Translations under genes and position numbers: made by a program
Notes under the pieces: generated by a model
What the model saw: the letters and a program-made list of their open reading frames with translations, nothing else
Databases searched by the model: none
What the model was told of the DNA's origin: nothing
Shown: positions 1-9,001 of the stretch, piece after piece
Layout: each line of letters starts with the position of its first letter
How positions within the stretch are numbered: the first letter of the stretch is position 1
Assembly: GCA_965227295.1 (NCBI GenBank)
Contig: OZ245742.1
Coordinates: 640,001 to 704,000 of the forward strand
Direction of reading: 5' to 3'
Source: Leptonemataceae bacterium
GTDB taxonomy: Bacteria; Spirochaetota; Leptospiria; Leptospirales; Leptonemataceae
DNA length: 64,000 bases

Positions 1-473
1 CCTTCCAGCGTGATGGGATACGCGATCTCACCGAGAAATGTGTCGAGATAGACGGTGCCGTCCAGCTTGTAGTCGACGTTGCCGCCGCGGATGAGCGCGG
101 ACAACAGGCCGCCGCCGACCTGAGACGGACTCGTACGAACGTCCAGCGTCACCGTACGTTCTTCGCCGGCGGGGATGCGCACGTTTTCCTTGTGTTCGCC
201 CTCGGCAATCTGCCGGTCGCTGCCGCCGGTATAGAGTTTGAAGTCCAGGCGATCGAGGATCACCGCACTTGCGTTCGGATTCATGATGCCTACGAAAACG
301 CGCAGATCGAGCTTCGTCAGTCCCACCTCGGCCACTTCCAGCCCACGGAACTCGAATTCACACTTCTGTAGATTTTCGCGCGGCTCGCGGATGTTGCATT
401 CCGTTAACAACACAACAATCGCCGCTCCGAGAACGAGTCGATAGATTGAGGACGAGGGATGTTGGAATTTCAT
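1..473 (-). CDS. LEA type 2 (WHy-domain) lipoprotein, partial (runs off window start)
   Basis: Manual translation from ATG 473: MKFQHPSSSIYRLVLGAAIVVLLTEC-NIREPRENLQKCEFEFRGLEV...IMNPNASAVILDRLDFKLY; lipobox-like Cys and NPN motif; paralog of 2318..2833; absent from the ORF track. Confidence 0.8.
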   Translation of the reverse strand, partial: MKFQHPSSSIYRLVLGAAIVVLLTECNIREPRENLQKCEFEFRGLEVAEVGLTKLDLRVFVGIMNPNASAVILDRLDFKLYTGGSDRQIAEGEHKENVRIPAGEERTVTLDVRTSPSQVGGGLLSALIRGGNVDYKLDGTVYLDTFLGEIAYPITLE

Positions 474-515
474 TTTGACAGCTCCGCCGGATTTGTGAGT
501 TCGTTGAGATAGTTG

Positions 516-1607
516 ATGAAGGGCGAGAATTACTTTTCTCCGGGTTATCGCTCGGCCCGCAAGCGATTTCGCAAGGCCGCGAAAAAAGCCGGCGCAAAAC
601 TCTGGAAACTTCACTGGGGACTGCGGGGCGTCTTCGGTGAAAAGCTGGCCGTAGACGTTGCCCTGCTCGGCTCAAAGAAAGCTCGTCGGGTCCTCATTCA
701 CAGCTCCGGCGTCCACGGCGTGGAGGGCTTCGCCGGCTCGGCCATCCAGCTGAAGCTGCTGGAACAACCGCCGGATCTTCCGGAAGACGGGGCGCTTGTA
801 ATCATCCACTGCGTCAATCCGTACGGCATGTCCCAACATCGGCGGGTCAACGAATCCAATGTGGATCTCAATCGCAACTTTCTGAAGAAAGGCCAGTGGT
901 ACGGCGCACACGAGGGCTACCATGTTCTGCACTCGCTGTTGAATCCGGCGCATTTGCCGCGCCTGGATCTGTTCATGCCGAAGTTGGTTTATAAGATCGC
1001 GCGCCACGGATGGGACTACCTCAAGCAGGCCGGGGCGGAGGGACAGTATGAATATCCGGAAGGCCTCTTCTTCGGCGGCAACAACCTGGAGCCCGGGCCA
1101 CGACTCCTGATGAAGTGGGTCAAAAAAAATCTTAAGCGTGCACGGCGGATCTGCGCCATCGATGTGCACACGGGTGTCGGCGAGTCCGGCCAGGACTGGC
1201 TGATCGTTGATCGAACTTCAGACGGTAACTATGCCAGCCACCTGAGTCCCCACTACGACGGCAATCGACTGGATACGAACTTCGACGTATCATACCAGAA
1301 CAAAGGCGGCCTGGATGCGGGCTTCGTGAAAACTCTAAAGAACGATGTCGCCCTGGACTTCGTGACCCAGGAATTCGGGACGGTCTCGGGGCCGAAGCTT
1401 TTGTCTGCGCTACGGCGGGAAAACCACTACTTCCGCCAGGGCGCAGACACGGATCACCCGGCTCGCCGCAAACTCAAAGACGTTTTCTCGCCGCCGTCTC
1501 TACAATGGGAGCGCGACGTCGTGGAAAACGGCCTGCGCCTGGTAGAACGCACCGCGCAGTTCCTCTTTGGGCGCGGTGTCATTGTGCCGCCCGATGCGGA
1601 CGCCTGA
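516..1607 (+). CDS. M14 family metallopeptidase (DUF2817-like)
   Basis: HSSGVHGVEG zinc motif, RVNESNVDLNRNF, IDVHTG, TQEFGT. Confidence 0.85.
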   Translation: MKGENYFSPGYRSARKRFRKAAKKAGAKLWKLHWGLRGVFGEKLAVDVALLGSKKARRVLIHSSGVHGVEGFAGSAIQLKLLEQPPDLPEDGALVIIHCVNPYGMSQHRRVNESNVDLNRNFLKKGQWYGAHEGYHVLHSLLNPAHLPRLDLFMPKLVYKIARHGWDYLKQAGAEGQYEYPEGLFFGGNNLEPGPRLLMKWVKKNLKRARRICAIDVHTGVGESGQDWLIVDRTSDGNYASHLSPHYDGNRLDTNFDVSYQNKGGLDAGFVKTLKNDVALDFVTQEFGTVSGPKLLSALRRENHYFRQGADTDHPARRKLKDVFSPPSLQWERDVVENGLRLVERTAQFLFGRGVIVPPDADA

Positions 1608-2228
1608 TCACCTTCGCCGCCGGGTCTCTCGCTGACGCTGAATCAATCCATACGACCTGCGATCGTTGTAGTATTCGATCCGTAAGGTCATGGGCAGCCA
1701 ATCTCGGTGTTTCGGACGCAGTCTGAGTCGGCGCTCGTACCGGTTTTGTGCAAAAAACAACCGCTCGATAAACTCCAACCGATTCGGATAGGCGTGATCG
1801 TATGCCTCCAGGGAATTTGTAGGAACTCGTACACATCCGTCCCCACCCCCTGTAAGTTCGAGCCGGGCAAGCCAGACAAATAACAGACATCGGGACACGC
1901 CGAGGAACGCCGCGATCAAACCGAGCTCGATCCAGACCTCGTTCTCCACACGAAATGAAACCTTGCGCGGGCAAGTACCGGCCGCTTGATAGCGTCGCTT
2001 CACTCCGCCCATCTGCGGGAGCCCATGCTCAAGACATAAGCCGCGGTACTTTCGGACCAGCCTTCGCACGAACCGCCCGAGGCCCCATCCATGCTCGGCG
2101 AGTAGAGTTTTCAATTCATCGGCGATTTCGATTGGAATCAAGAGGCTGCACGGGGTGGCCACGGACGCATAACGATGATCCGTGTTTCGGCTGTACTCCA
2201 GTTCGGTGCGATATCGTGTGGGTTGCAT
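1608..2228 (-). CDS. DUF1564-like Leptospira-family protein
   Basis: KRRYQ...KVSFRVENEVWIELGLIAAFLGVSRCLLFVWL matches the pattern I recall for DUF1564. Confidence 0.7.
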   Translation of the reverse strand: MQPTRYRTELEYSRNTDHRYASVATPCSLLIPIEIADELKTLLAEHGWGLGRFVRRLVRKYRGLCLEHGLPQMGGVKRRYQAAGTCPRKVSFRVENEVWIELGLIAAFLGVSRCLLFVWLARLELTGGGDGCVRVPTNSLEAYDHAYPNRLEFIERLFFAQNRYERRLRLRPKHRDWLPMTLRIEYYNDRRSYGLIQRQRETRRRR

Positions 2229-2317
2229 TGTGACCTCCGCCGGAAGAACAATCGAAAAGCGACGATCGTTTCACAAAAAACGGCCACCCAGCAAATATTT
2301 GTGCTCAATACGAATCG

Positions 2318-2833
2318 CTACAATCTGTCCTCAACGGTCAGGGGAAACTTCAGCTCGCCAAAACTCTCTGTTTCCACAAAGGCATGACCCTTGAGCCGGT
2401 AAAGGACCTGCCCGTTGGATAGAGACGATAGGACCCCGGCGCCGACCTGGGCCACGGTCGTTTGAAAATCCAGAGTGATCACCTGTCGTTCCGCAGATTG
2501 GATCGTGACCTGCTCTTCATGGCTGCCCTTCCCGGCGTTGTTATTATTGATGAACAGATCGAACGCCAGTCGATCGACGATCACGGGATACGGATTAGGA
2601 TTGGTGATTCCGAGCAAAATCTTGAGCTTCAGATCGAGCGCCGACTGAGCTTCAATCTGCACATCCTCCAGATCAAACTCACAGCGACGAATACTCTCCC
2701 GCTGGAGAATTCCCGCCAGCACCTGGCATCCCATCATACTCCCGCCACAGAACACAAGCATAACGGCCAACAGAGCCTTTCGCACCACGCCCATCCTATT
2801 CACGATCATCCCTCGAACCTCCGGAACACTCAA
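2318..2833 (-). CDS. LEA type 2 (WHy-domain) lipoprotein
   Basis: Signal peptide with Cys; ITNPNPYPVIVDRLAFDLF; start codon uncertain. Confidence 0.8.
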   Translation of the reverse strand: MSVPEVRGMIVNRMGVVRKALLAVMLVFCGGSMMGCQVLAGILQRESIRRCEFDLEDVQIEAQSALDLKLKILLGITNPNPYPVIVDRLAFDLFINNNNAGKGSHEEQVTIQSAERQVITLDFQTTVAQVGAGVLSSLSNGQVLYRLKGHAFVETESFGELKFPLTVEDRL

Positions 2834-2857
2834 AGCAAACCTATCCAGTGCGCGAAC

Positions 2858-4891
2858 TCAGAACCGACGCAGACGATAAGTCATCTCGCTCAAGATCTTT
2901 TCAAAATCTACGCCGCCCAGTGTCACGCTGTAAATCGCCCACGCCACGGGATACTTCTCCGGATCAATGCGAATCAACTGCGACAGATGCTTAATACCCA
3001 TAAGCCCCGCCGACTTGTACTCCGGATCGGCCGTTCCGTAGACCAGGTCATGCCCGTACTGGCGATCATGGGCATCCTGCCCGAAACAACTGAGCATAAG
3101 ATCCGTGAGGCCGCTCAGCCCTTCAAACGTACTCTCTTTGCCGCCCAGTTCCACACCGATCGTGCTCATCTCACGAAAGATGCGATTCGAAATATGAAAC
3201 AATGCATTGTCGCTGTTCCCGCCCAGGTTGATTTCATAGTAGCCGTCCAGCAGACCGACACCAAGCGCATAGATATTCTTCAACGCCCCGCCTAATTGAA
3301 GCCCGCGCACGTCATCCGGATTCACCGCGGGCCGGGTAAAGACGTAGCCGGTACTGAACAGTTTCGCCAGGTGCCCGACCATATCCGGATTCCGTGCCGC
3401 CACCTCAAATCCCGAAATCTTACGTTCAAGAATTTGATCCGGATAATTCGCGCCGGCCACAACGGCCATCCGGCTCTGATCCACCCCGTAAATCTTTTCG
3501 AGATCCTCCGTGACCAGACCGTACTGTGATCCGGTAAACCCTTTGACCATGTTAATGATCGGTGCCTGACTTTTAGCCAGGCGATCCTTGATCGGTCCGT
3601 AGTAACGATCCAGTTCCCAGGGCCGCACACCGTTAATGAAAATCGTCGCATCCTCCAGGTCCGCGCTTTCGGAGGTGAACTCGATGTTCGGCGGCAGCTT
3701 GAAGATGGGATAGTTGTCCGCATCAAGATTGCGCTCGTTGAAGTATTCGGCCTTCTCCGCCTCGTCGATGTAAATGCGCACGCGTACTTTCTTGTTCGCA
3801 AGAATCGTAGCCGCCGCCGTACTGTATGGGGAATGACCGATCACGGCGATCTGCTCCACCGGCGCCCTCGGAATGGCGATCAGTTCGTTCGCGTCCGGCG
3901 ACGTGGCGTCCCCGCGATACAGGTTCCGGTACGTCCCGTGGCGGTGCCGGTGCAGATTCTGACCGATCAACAGCGCCAGGTTATCGATGATGAATTGCTT
4001 TTTATCGCCGCTGCCCGACGGCATCTCCAGGCGATCCACGTAGTCCGGCAACTCGTCCATTAACTTCGACGGAAGTTTCCCTACGAGGATGGGCTTGCCG
4101 ATCGAAAGTTTGCCGTGGGCCGCGTTGAACATGAACGTCCCCGCGGGCAGAACCTTCTCCGTTCCTTCCAACGATACCGGAATGATCACCTTGTTCGCAA
4201 CGTAGTGGTACACGGTGTCGACGAAATTGATCAGCTTGCCGGTACGCGAGCGCGTACCCTCCGGAAATATCGCGATGACCTTGCCCTGTTTCTGCAACTG
4301 CTGCGACTGCCGGAACGAACGCATATTGATGCGCGTCATCAGGTCCGCCATACCCGGGTTATCGGCCATGTCCCGCTTCGAGCAGACGAGCAGCGTGTTG
4401 ATCATATACAGACCCAGGCGCGTGAAGTCCGGCTCAAAGGCCAGGCGGCCGGCAATGAAAACGAGATTGTCCGCGAGCTCCCGGGCCGCCCCGCCTTCTT
4501 TGTAAAGAAGATTGTAGATGGCGACCGTATCGAAGTGGCTCACGTGATTCGAAATGAGCACCATGGGAAACTTACCTCGCAGTCCCACGATGTGCGGCAG
4601 GTTCTCTTTGCCCTCGATGTGAAAGTTGCGCATGAGCGGCTGGAAGAACTCGGTCATGAAATCCCGAATAAACGGAATCTTCTGCGTGTAGACACCCACC
4701 TCCTCCAGCGCAGTCGGCTCCCGAAAGCTCTCCATGACCTTCGGCATCGGTGTCTCGCCGGAGAGCTTCAGGAACTTCATGAGCAGTTCCCGGGCCCGCT
4801 CCTCGCTGATCCCGTACTTCACGAAGTTTTCTATGTTCTTGAAAAACTCCCGCTGCCAGGGAGCGTGAGTCCCGCCTTCTTTTTCCGCCAT
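2858..4891 (-). CDS. gpsA: Fused 1-acyl-sn-glycerol-3-phosphate acyltransferase / NAD(P)H glycerol-3-phosphate dehydrogenase
   Basis: NHVSHFD and FPEGTRS acyltransferase motifs N-terminally; GGALKNIYA and GLSGLTDL GpsA motifs C-terminally; start trimmed to MAEKEGG. Confidence 0.9.
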   Translation of the reverse strand: MAEKEGGTHAPWQREFFKNIENFVKYGISEERARELLMKFLKLSGETPMPKVMESFREPTALEEVGVYTQKIPFIRDFMTEFFQPLMRNFHIEGKENLPHIVGLRGKFPMVLISNHVSHFDTVAIYNLLYKEGGAARELADNLVFIAGRLAFEPDFTRLGLYMINTLLVCSKRDMADNPGMADLMTRINMRSFRQSQQLQKQGKVIAIFPEGTRSRTGKLINFVDTVYHYVANKVIIPVSLEGTEKVLPAGTFMFNAAHGKLSIGKPILVGKLPSKLMDELPDYVDRLEMPSGSGDKKQFIIDNLALLIGQNLHRHRHGTYRNLYRGDATSPDANELIAIPRAPVEQIAVIGHSPYSTAAATILANKKVRVRIYIDEAEKAEYFNERNLDADNYPIFKLPPNIEFTSESADLEDATIFINGVRPWELDRYYGPIKDRLAKSQAPIINMVKGFTGSQYGLVTEDLEKIYGVDQSRMAVVAGANYPDQILERKISGFEVAARNPDMVGHLAKLFSTGYVFTRPAVNPDDVRGLQLGGALKNIYALGVGLLDGYYEINLGGNSDNALFHISNRIFREMSTIGVELGGKESTFEGLSGLTDLMLSCFGQDAHDRQYGHDLVYGTADPEYKSAGLMGIKHLSQLIRIDPEKYPVAWAIYSVTLGGVDFEKILSEMTYRLRRF

Positions 4892-5052
4892 GGCGTTTCC
4901 GTACCCCGCCGTCCACAGGGCGGGCAATACCTTTTTTTGTATTTCGCCGAAGGCTGCCCGGAACACGCGTTCCCATACGCCGGAAAAGGGATTGACCGGC
5001 AGGGCCCATCCGGCGATGCGAAAGCTGCGGCGGCAGCCGCGGAGCCCCACCT

Positions 5053-6315
5053 CTGGCACGCACACCGAAAAAAAAGGGACAGTCGTCCGGTAAGGATTCC
5101 TCCTCCCGCGGCACCGGCGGACGTCGAAACGGCGGGAATTCCGGCGGCAAACGGGGCCGCAAAGCCGCAGCCACCCCCGATCCCCTGCGCGTGGACGACG
5201 AGTACGCGACTCACCTGCGCGACGAAAGCGCCCCGGCCGGCCGACGCCCCCTGTCGCGCCGATCCGGCCGCACATTTCACGAGCTCTGGGAGGACGCCCG
5301 GGCCCGTTTCGAAGATTTTCTGAGCCGTGTCCACAAGCGCGGCCGGGAGCGCCTCACCATCATGGTGATCCCGCACACCGAGCAGAAAATCCTCAACGCC
5401 CACGTCAGCCTCTATGCCATCACCATCAGCCTGGCCGCGCTGGTTCTGGTCCTGGTCATCTCCATGGTGAGCCTGGTCGGCAAGAGCGGGGAAGACATCC
5501 AGTACTACGACATGGGCCTCACGAACTCGCAGTTCAACCTGCAGAGCGTGAAGATGGCGGAGGAGATGATTCCCCTCCACGAACTGGTAAACGATTACGC
5601 GGCAACGATTACGGAACTCTACGTCAAGCTCGACGGCGACGAAGACGCCTTGCTCGGCCAGGGCGGCGTCGCCCAGAGCGTCATCGATTCCGAGGTGGAT
5701 CAGCTCCGCGAACTCGTCGCGCAATGCCGGGCCGCCGGAGACGACTGCGACCAGCGGACCACCGAAGAAATCTTACGGCGGGTCATCTACCTCTCCCGTC
5801 AGGACAACCACAACCTCAAGAAGGCTGTAGAGATTTCGGATCGTATTCTCGCCGAACTCGGCACCCGGGAAAAACAAAATCTCCTCGGCAACACGCCGAG
5901 CATCTGGCCCACCCGTGGTTACGTGCTCAGTCCTTACGGCACCCAGACCGACGCCGTGGTCCAGGGCCGGGACTACTTTCATCGCGGCATTCGCATCGGC
6001 GCGTTGCCCGGCACCGAGGTCTACGCCACCGCCCCCGGCGAAATCGTAGACGTCGCCTACGATGAATCCTACGGCCTGCAAATTCGAGTGAAACATCGCT
6101 ACGGTCTGGCCACATTCTACGCCCACCTCGATCGCACGCGCGTCGAGAAGGGCGACCAGGTCACGAAGGGCGAGGTCATCGGTTATGTCGGTCGCAGCGG
6201 CGCCGTTCCCGAGCCCATGTTATACTACGAAGTGCATGTGGGAACGGTTGCCTACAACCCCCATGCCTTCCTCAATCATTTACAGGATCAATGGCTGATT
6301 CGTCCGAGAACCTGA
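5053..6315 (+). CDS. M23 family metallopeptidase (peptidoglycan hydrolase-like) with TM and coiled coil
   Basis: SIWPTRG, HRGIRIG, TFYAHL, GEVIGYVGRSG; start either CTG 5053 (GGAG upstream) or GTG 5191. Confidence 0.85.
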   Translation: MARTPKKKGQSSGKDSSSRGTGGRRNGGNSGGKRGRKAAATPDPLRVDDEYATHLRDESAPAGRRPLSRRSGRTFHELWEDARARFEDFLSRVHKRGRERLTIMVIPHTEQKILNAHVSLYAITISLAALVLVLVISMVSLVGKSGEDIQYYDMGLTNSQFNLQSVKMAEEMIPLHELVNDYAATITELYVKLDGDEDALLGQGGVAQSVIDSEVDQLRELVAQCRAAGDDCDQRTTEEILRRVIYLSRQDNHNLKKAVEISDRILAELGTREKQNLLGNTPSIWPTRGYVLSPYGTQTDAVVQGRDYFHRGIRIGALPGTEVYATAPGEIVDVAYDESYGLQIRVKHRYGLATFYAHLDRTRVEKGDQVTKGEVIGYVGRSGAVPEPMLYYEVHVGTVAYNPHAFLNHLQDQWLIRPRT

Positions 6316-6629
6316 TCGTCAACAGCCTGATCGGTGAGGGCTCGGAGTTCCGCGGTGAGTTTAAGGTCAAAGACCTCATTCGCATTGACGGTTATTTCAA
6401 GGGCAACATCATCACCGAAGGCAAGGTCCTGGTCGGGCGCTCCGGCATCGTGGAGACGGACATCCGCGCCGGTGTCGTCGTCGTGGGCGGCGAGGTTCGC
6501 GGCTCCATTCACGCGACGCGCCGTGTCACGCTGCTGTCCACCTGCAAGCTCTACGGTGATGTGGTGACGCGCAGCCTGGTCGTCGAAGAAGGCGTCGTCT
6601 TCGAAGGCCGCTGCACCATCAACCGCTGA
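6291..6629 (+). CDS. Bactofilin (polymer-forming cytoskeletal protein)
   Basis: SLIGEGSEFRG...IRIDGYFKGNI...VEEGVVFEGRC beta-helix pattern; overlaps the end of the M23 gene. Confidence 0.9.
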   Translation: MADSSENLIVNSLIGEGSEFRGEFKVKDLIRIDGYFKGNIITEGKVLVGRSGIVETDIRAGVVVVGGEVRGSIHATRRVTLLSTCKLYGDVVTRSLVVEEGVVFEGRCTINR

Positions 6630-6753
6630 GCGCGATCGAGTGCGATCGTAACCGGATTTTCCACGATTCTTTTGGCGCGACGATCATCGCGCTTCCGCGA
6701 AATGCTTGTCAGATCTCCGAAAGACTGAGATCGTAGAGTACGAAGCCGCAATC

Positions 6754-7605
6754 ATGGAAAGTTATCTAAAAGAAGTCTCAGATCTCAGCACGATCGAAAA
6801 AGGCTCGGTGGTGCGCCGGCAAGGCAACGGCAAGAACCAACAGGGTCACTACGTGCGCCCGGCGGATGAAGGCGAAGGCCTCATCGTCGCCGAGGTGCTG
6901 GACCTGAGCACCGGCGAGTACATCGCCGAGGCCGGCATCCTGCGCCCCACGGACGGCGACACCTTCTATGTGCACCAGTCCCGCTTCGGCCAGGACGCCG
7001 AGAAAACCCAGTCGGCCCTGGAAGTCGTAAAATCCTGGAGCCTCTTCGAAAAATCTCCGGCGCTGCATCAGGACATTCTGGCCTTCGTGCAGGCGGCGTT
7101 TTCGCCGGAGCAAGTCCTGGCCTGGAAACGCAACGACGAACTCAAAAACCTGTTCGTACCCATTCAGCAGAAGTTTAAGATCGGCCGCTTTGAAGAAAAG
7201 ATCGACTACGACAAGGTCCGCGAAGAGCGCTTCGGCGAACAGCTCGTCGCCCTGCACAGCGGCAAACACATGACCTACGTCGCCTTCATTCCCCGCGAGG
7301 GCAGCCACAAGCCCATGTTTTACTCCATCGGCACCAAGCCGCACCTGGAGACCCTGAAGAACCTGGAGCGCGAGCCCTTCGCGTTTCGCCCGAACCACGG
7401 CGGGCACATCAAGTGCGTCATCGAAGAAGCGGGCGAGCAGAAGCAATTCCTCGTCGACGCCGGTTCCAACGATCTGGGCGCCGGCATGCACACGTCCGTG
7501 GCCATCGCCGAAATGGTCGTCGAAGCGCTGCTGGAGTTGTATCCGGATCACGCCTATAAGCCGTTACCGGGGCGGGAAGCGTTTGGTTTGCAGCAGAGTT
7601 ATTGA
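6754..7605 (+). CDS. Hypothetical protein
   Basis: Long ORF with host-like codon usage; followed by a terminator-like hairpin. Confidence 0.75.
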   Translation: MESYLKEVSDLSTIEKGSVVRRQGNGKNQQGHYVRPADEGEGLIVAEVLDLSTGEYIAEAGILRPTDGDTFYVHQSRFGQDAEKTQSALEVVKSWSLFEKSPALHQDILAFVQAAFSPEQVLAWKRNDELKNLFVPIQQKFKIGRFEEKIDYDKVREERFGEQLVALHSGKHMTYVAFIPREGSHKPMFYSIGTKPHLETLKNLEREPFAFRPNHGGHIKCVIEEAGEQKQFLVDAGSNDLGAGMHTSVAIAEMVVEALLELYPDHAYKPLPGREAFGLQQSY

Positions 7606-7608
7606 GAG

Positions 7609-7641
7609 ATCGCGGACGCCCTGTACGGCTTCGCGTCTTTT
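7609..7641 (+). terminator. Probable intrinsic terminator
   Basis: Imperfect stem cgcgga-cgcc / ggc-ttcgcg followed by tctttt. Confidence 0.45.
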
Positions 7642-7668
7642 CTATGACTCTGCCATTAGCTCCGGGGG

Positions 7669-8304
7669 ATGGTACTTGTGAAAGCACTCGAAAGAAACAA
7701 GCCGACTCTCGAAAGATTATTCAGTGAAATCATTCTACCTGTCATCTTGCTTATGGACTTCGCAATCGTCCTGTACCTGGTATACCTACTACAGGCGAAT
7801 ACACAGAATGTGGATTACAGAGTGCCGCTACTAACCGGAATTGTAGTCGGACTCACAGTAGCGAGCGGTTTAATACAATTCGTCATCAATTCCGATGTTC
7901 AGCGGCGGCGCGCCGCGATTAGCGACTTGCCTGCAATCGCTACAAAACTTGTCAAACTCGGCCGAGAACTCGGAGAGACGGTGAAGGAGGAAGACTACAT
8001 TCGAAAGTGCTTTAATAACCTTGAAGCAATTCCCGCGGATAAACTTGAAAAATGGAACAAGAAGTTCGGTCGCAAACCCGATCGTCTTATGCTGGATATG
8101 ATTAACGATTTGGAGCTTGTTTCGATCGGCATACTCAGCAATGTATACGATGAAACAATTGCCCTCCACTATATGAAGGGCGTCCTGACGCGGTTTCGCG
8201 CCTTGTTTGCGGTTTTCATTACGAACCGACAGGCCGAACAAACGACCTTCGCTGAAAACTTTCTTACATTAGCCCGTCGATGGCTGGGAGCAGCATCGAC
8301 TTAG
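7669..8304 (+). CDS. Membrane protein, DUF4760-like
   Basis: Two N-terminal TM helices; INDLELVSIGILSNVYDETI motif; low GC. Confidence 0.6.
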   Translation: MVLVKALERNKPTLERLFSEIILPVILLMDFAIVLYLVYLLQANTQNVDYRVPLLTGIVVGLTVASGLIQFVINSDVQRRRAAISDLPAIATKLVKLGRELGETVKEEDYIRKCFNNLEAIPADKLEKWNKKFGRKPDRLMLDMINDLELVSIGILSNVYDETIALHYMKGVLTRFRALFAVFITNRQAEQTTFAENFLTLARRWLGAAST

Positions 8305-8539
8305 AGATCAATGATAATATCTTGCATATTGTGCTCCAGAATAGCCGGGAATCAGAGAATTACAAGGCATAATTCCATACTCTGTTCCTGATCATCCTCA
8401 ATATCGACCGAATTTCGGGAAAAAGTGTCCTTGTCCACAGTTTTTTCGAGTTATGTCTCATTCCGGCGCTTGATTCTTCCATCGGAGCACTCTCGAAAAT
8501 GCTGGAACCCTCCGAACATTTACCCGATACTTTCACTAT

Positions 8540-8953
8540 ATGGACTCCTCCACACGAGCGGAACTGATTCGCCAGGGCAACCGGGCTTTCAACGACGGCG
8601 ACTATCGCAAGGCACGCGAGTTGTTCACCGCGGCCAACTACAAGGACGGCCTGGTCCGCATCGGGGACTATTACATGTACGACCGGCGCCTCCCGCTGCT
8701 CGCCTACGGTTATTACAAAAAAGCCGGGGACCAGAAGAAGATCGCCGATCTGCATCGCCGCATGATCGGCGCGCTGGGGGAATGGATCGGCCACGATAAA
8801 ATCCGCGACGAATCCAAAGCGCAGCTCGGCATGGGGCAGCAGTCCTACGATCTGGCGGAATTTTCGGAACCTGACGCCGACGGCATGATCCGCGTCCCCG
8901 TCGCCAACGAACTGCGCGAAGCCGCCCTGGCCATCCTCAAGCGCGGCGGCTGA
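8540..8953 (+). CDS. Hypothetical TPR-like protein
   Basis: LIRQGNRAFNDGDYRKARELF helical-repeat pattern; host-like codon usage. Confidence 0.7.
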   Translation: MDSSTRAELIRQGNRAFNDGDYRKARELFTAANYKDGLVRIGDYYMYDRRLPLLAYGYYKKAGDQKKIADLHRRMIGALGEWIGHDKIRDESKAQLGMGQQSYDLAEFSEPDADGMIRVPVANELREAALAILKRGG

Positions 8954-9001
8954 ACCGCAAGATGCAAGATCGGCGGATCGGCGCTACACCAGGCCGGCGG
9001 C

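Noticed and set aside
4892-5275. 128-aa N-terminal extension of the PlsC-GpsA ORF
   Set aside because: Low-complexity Arg-rich sequence overlapping the divergent M23 gene; ATG 4891 is the better start
2462-5724. Long overlapping ORFs 2462..3295, 4115..5323, 4831..5724 and similar antisense ORFs throughout (e.g. 14189..15631, 53360..54502, 56529..57578)
   Set aside because: Shadow frames of well-supported genes in high-GC DNA; no recognisable motifs
8431-8439. DnaA-box-like TTGTCCACA (also TTATCCACG at 49262)
   Set aside because: Isolated one-mismatch boxes with no cluster and no dnaA; not an origin
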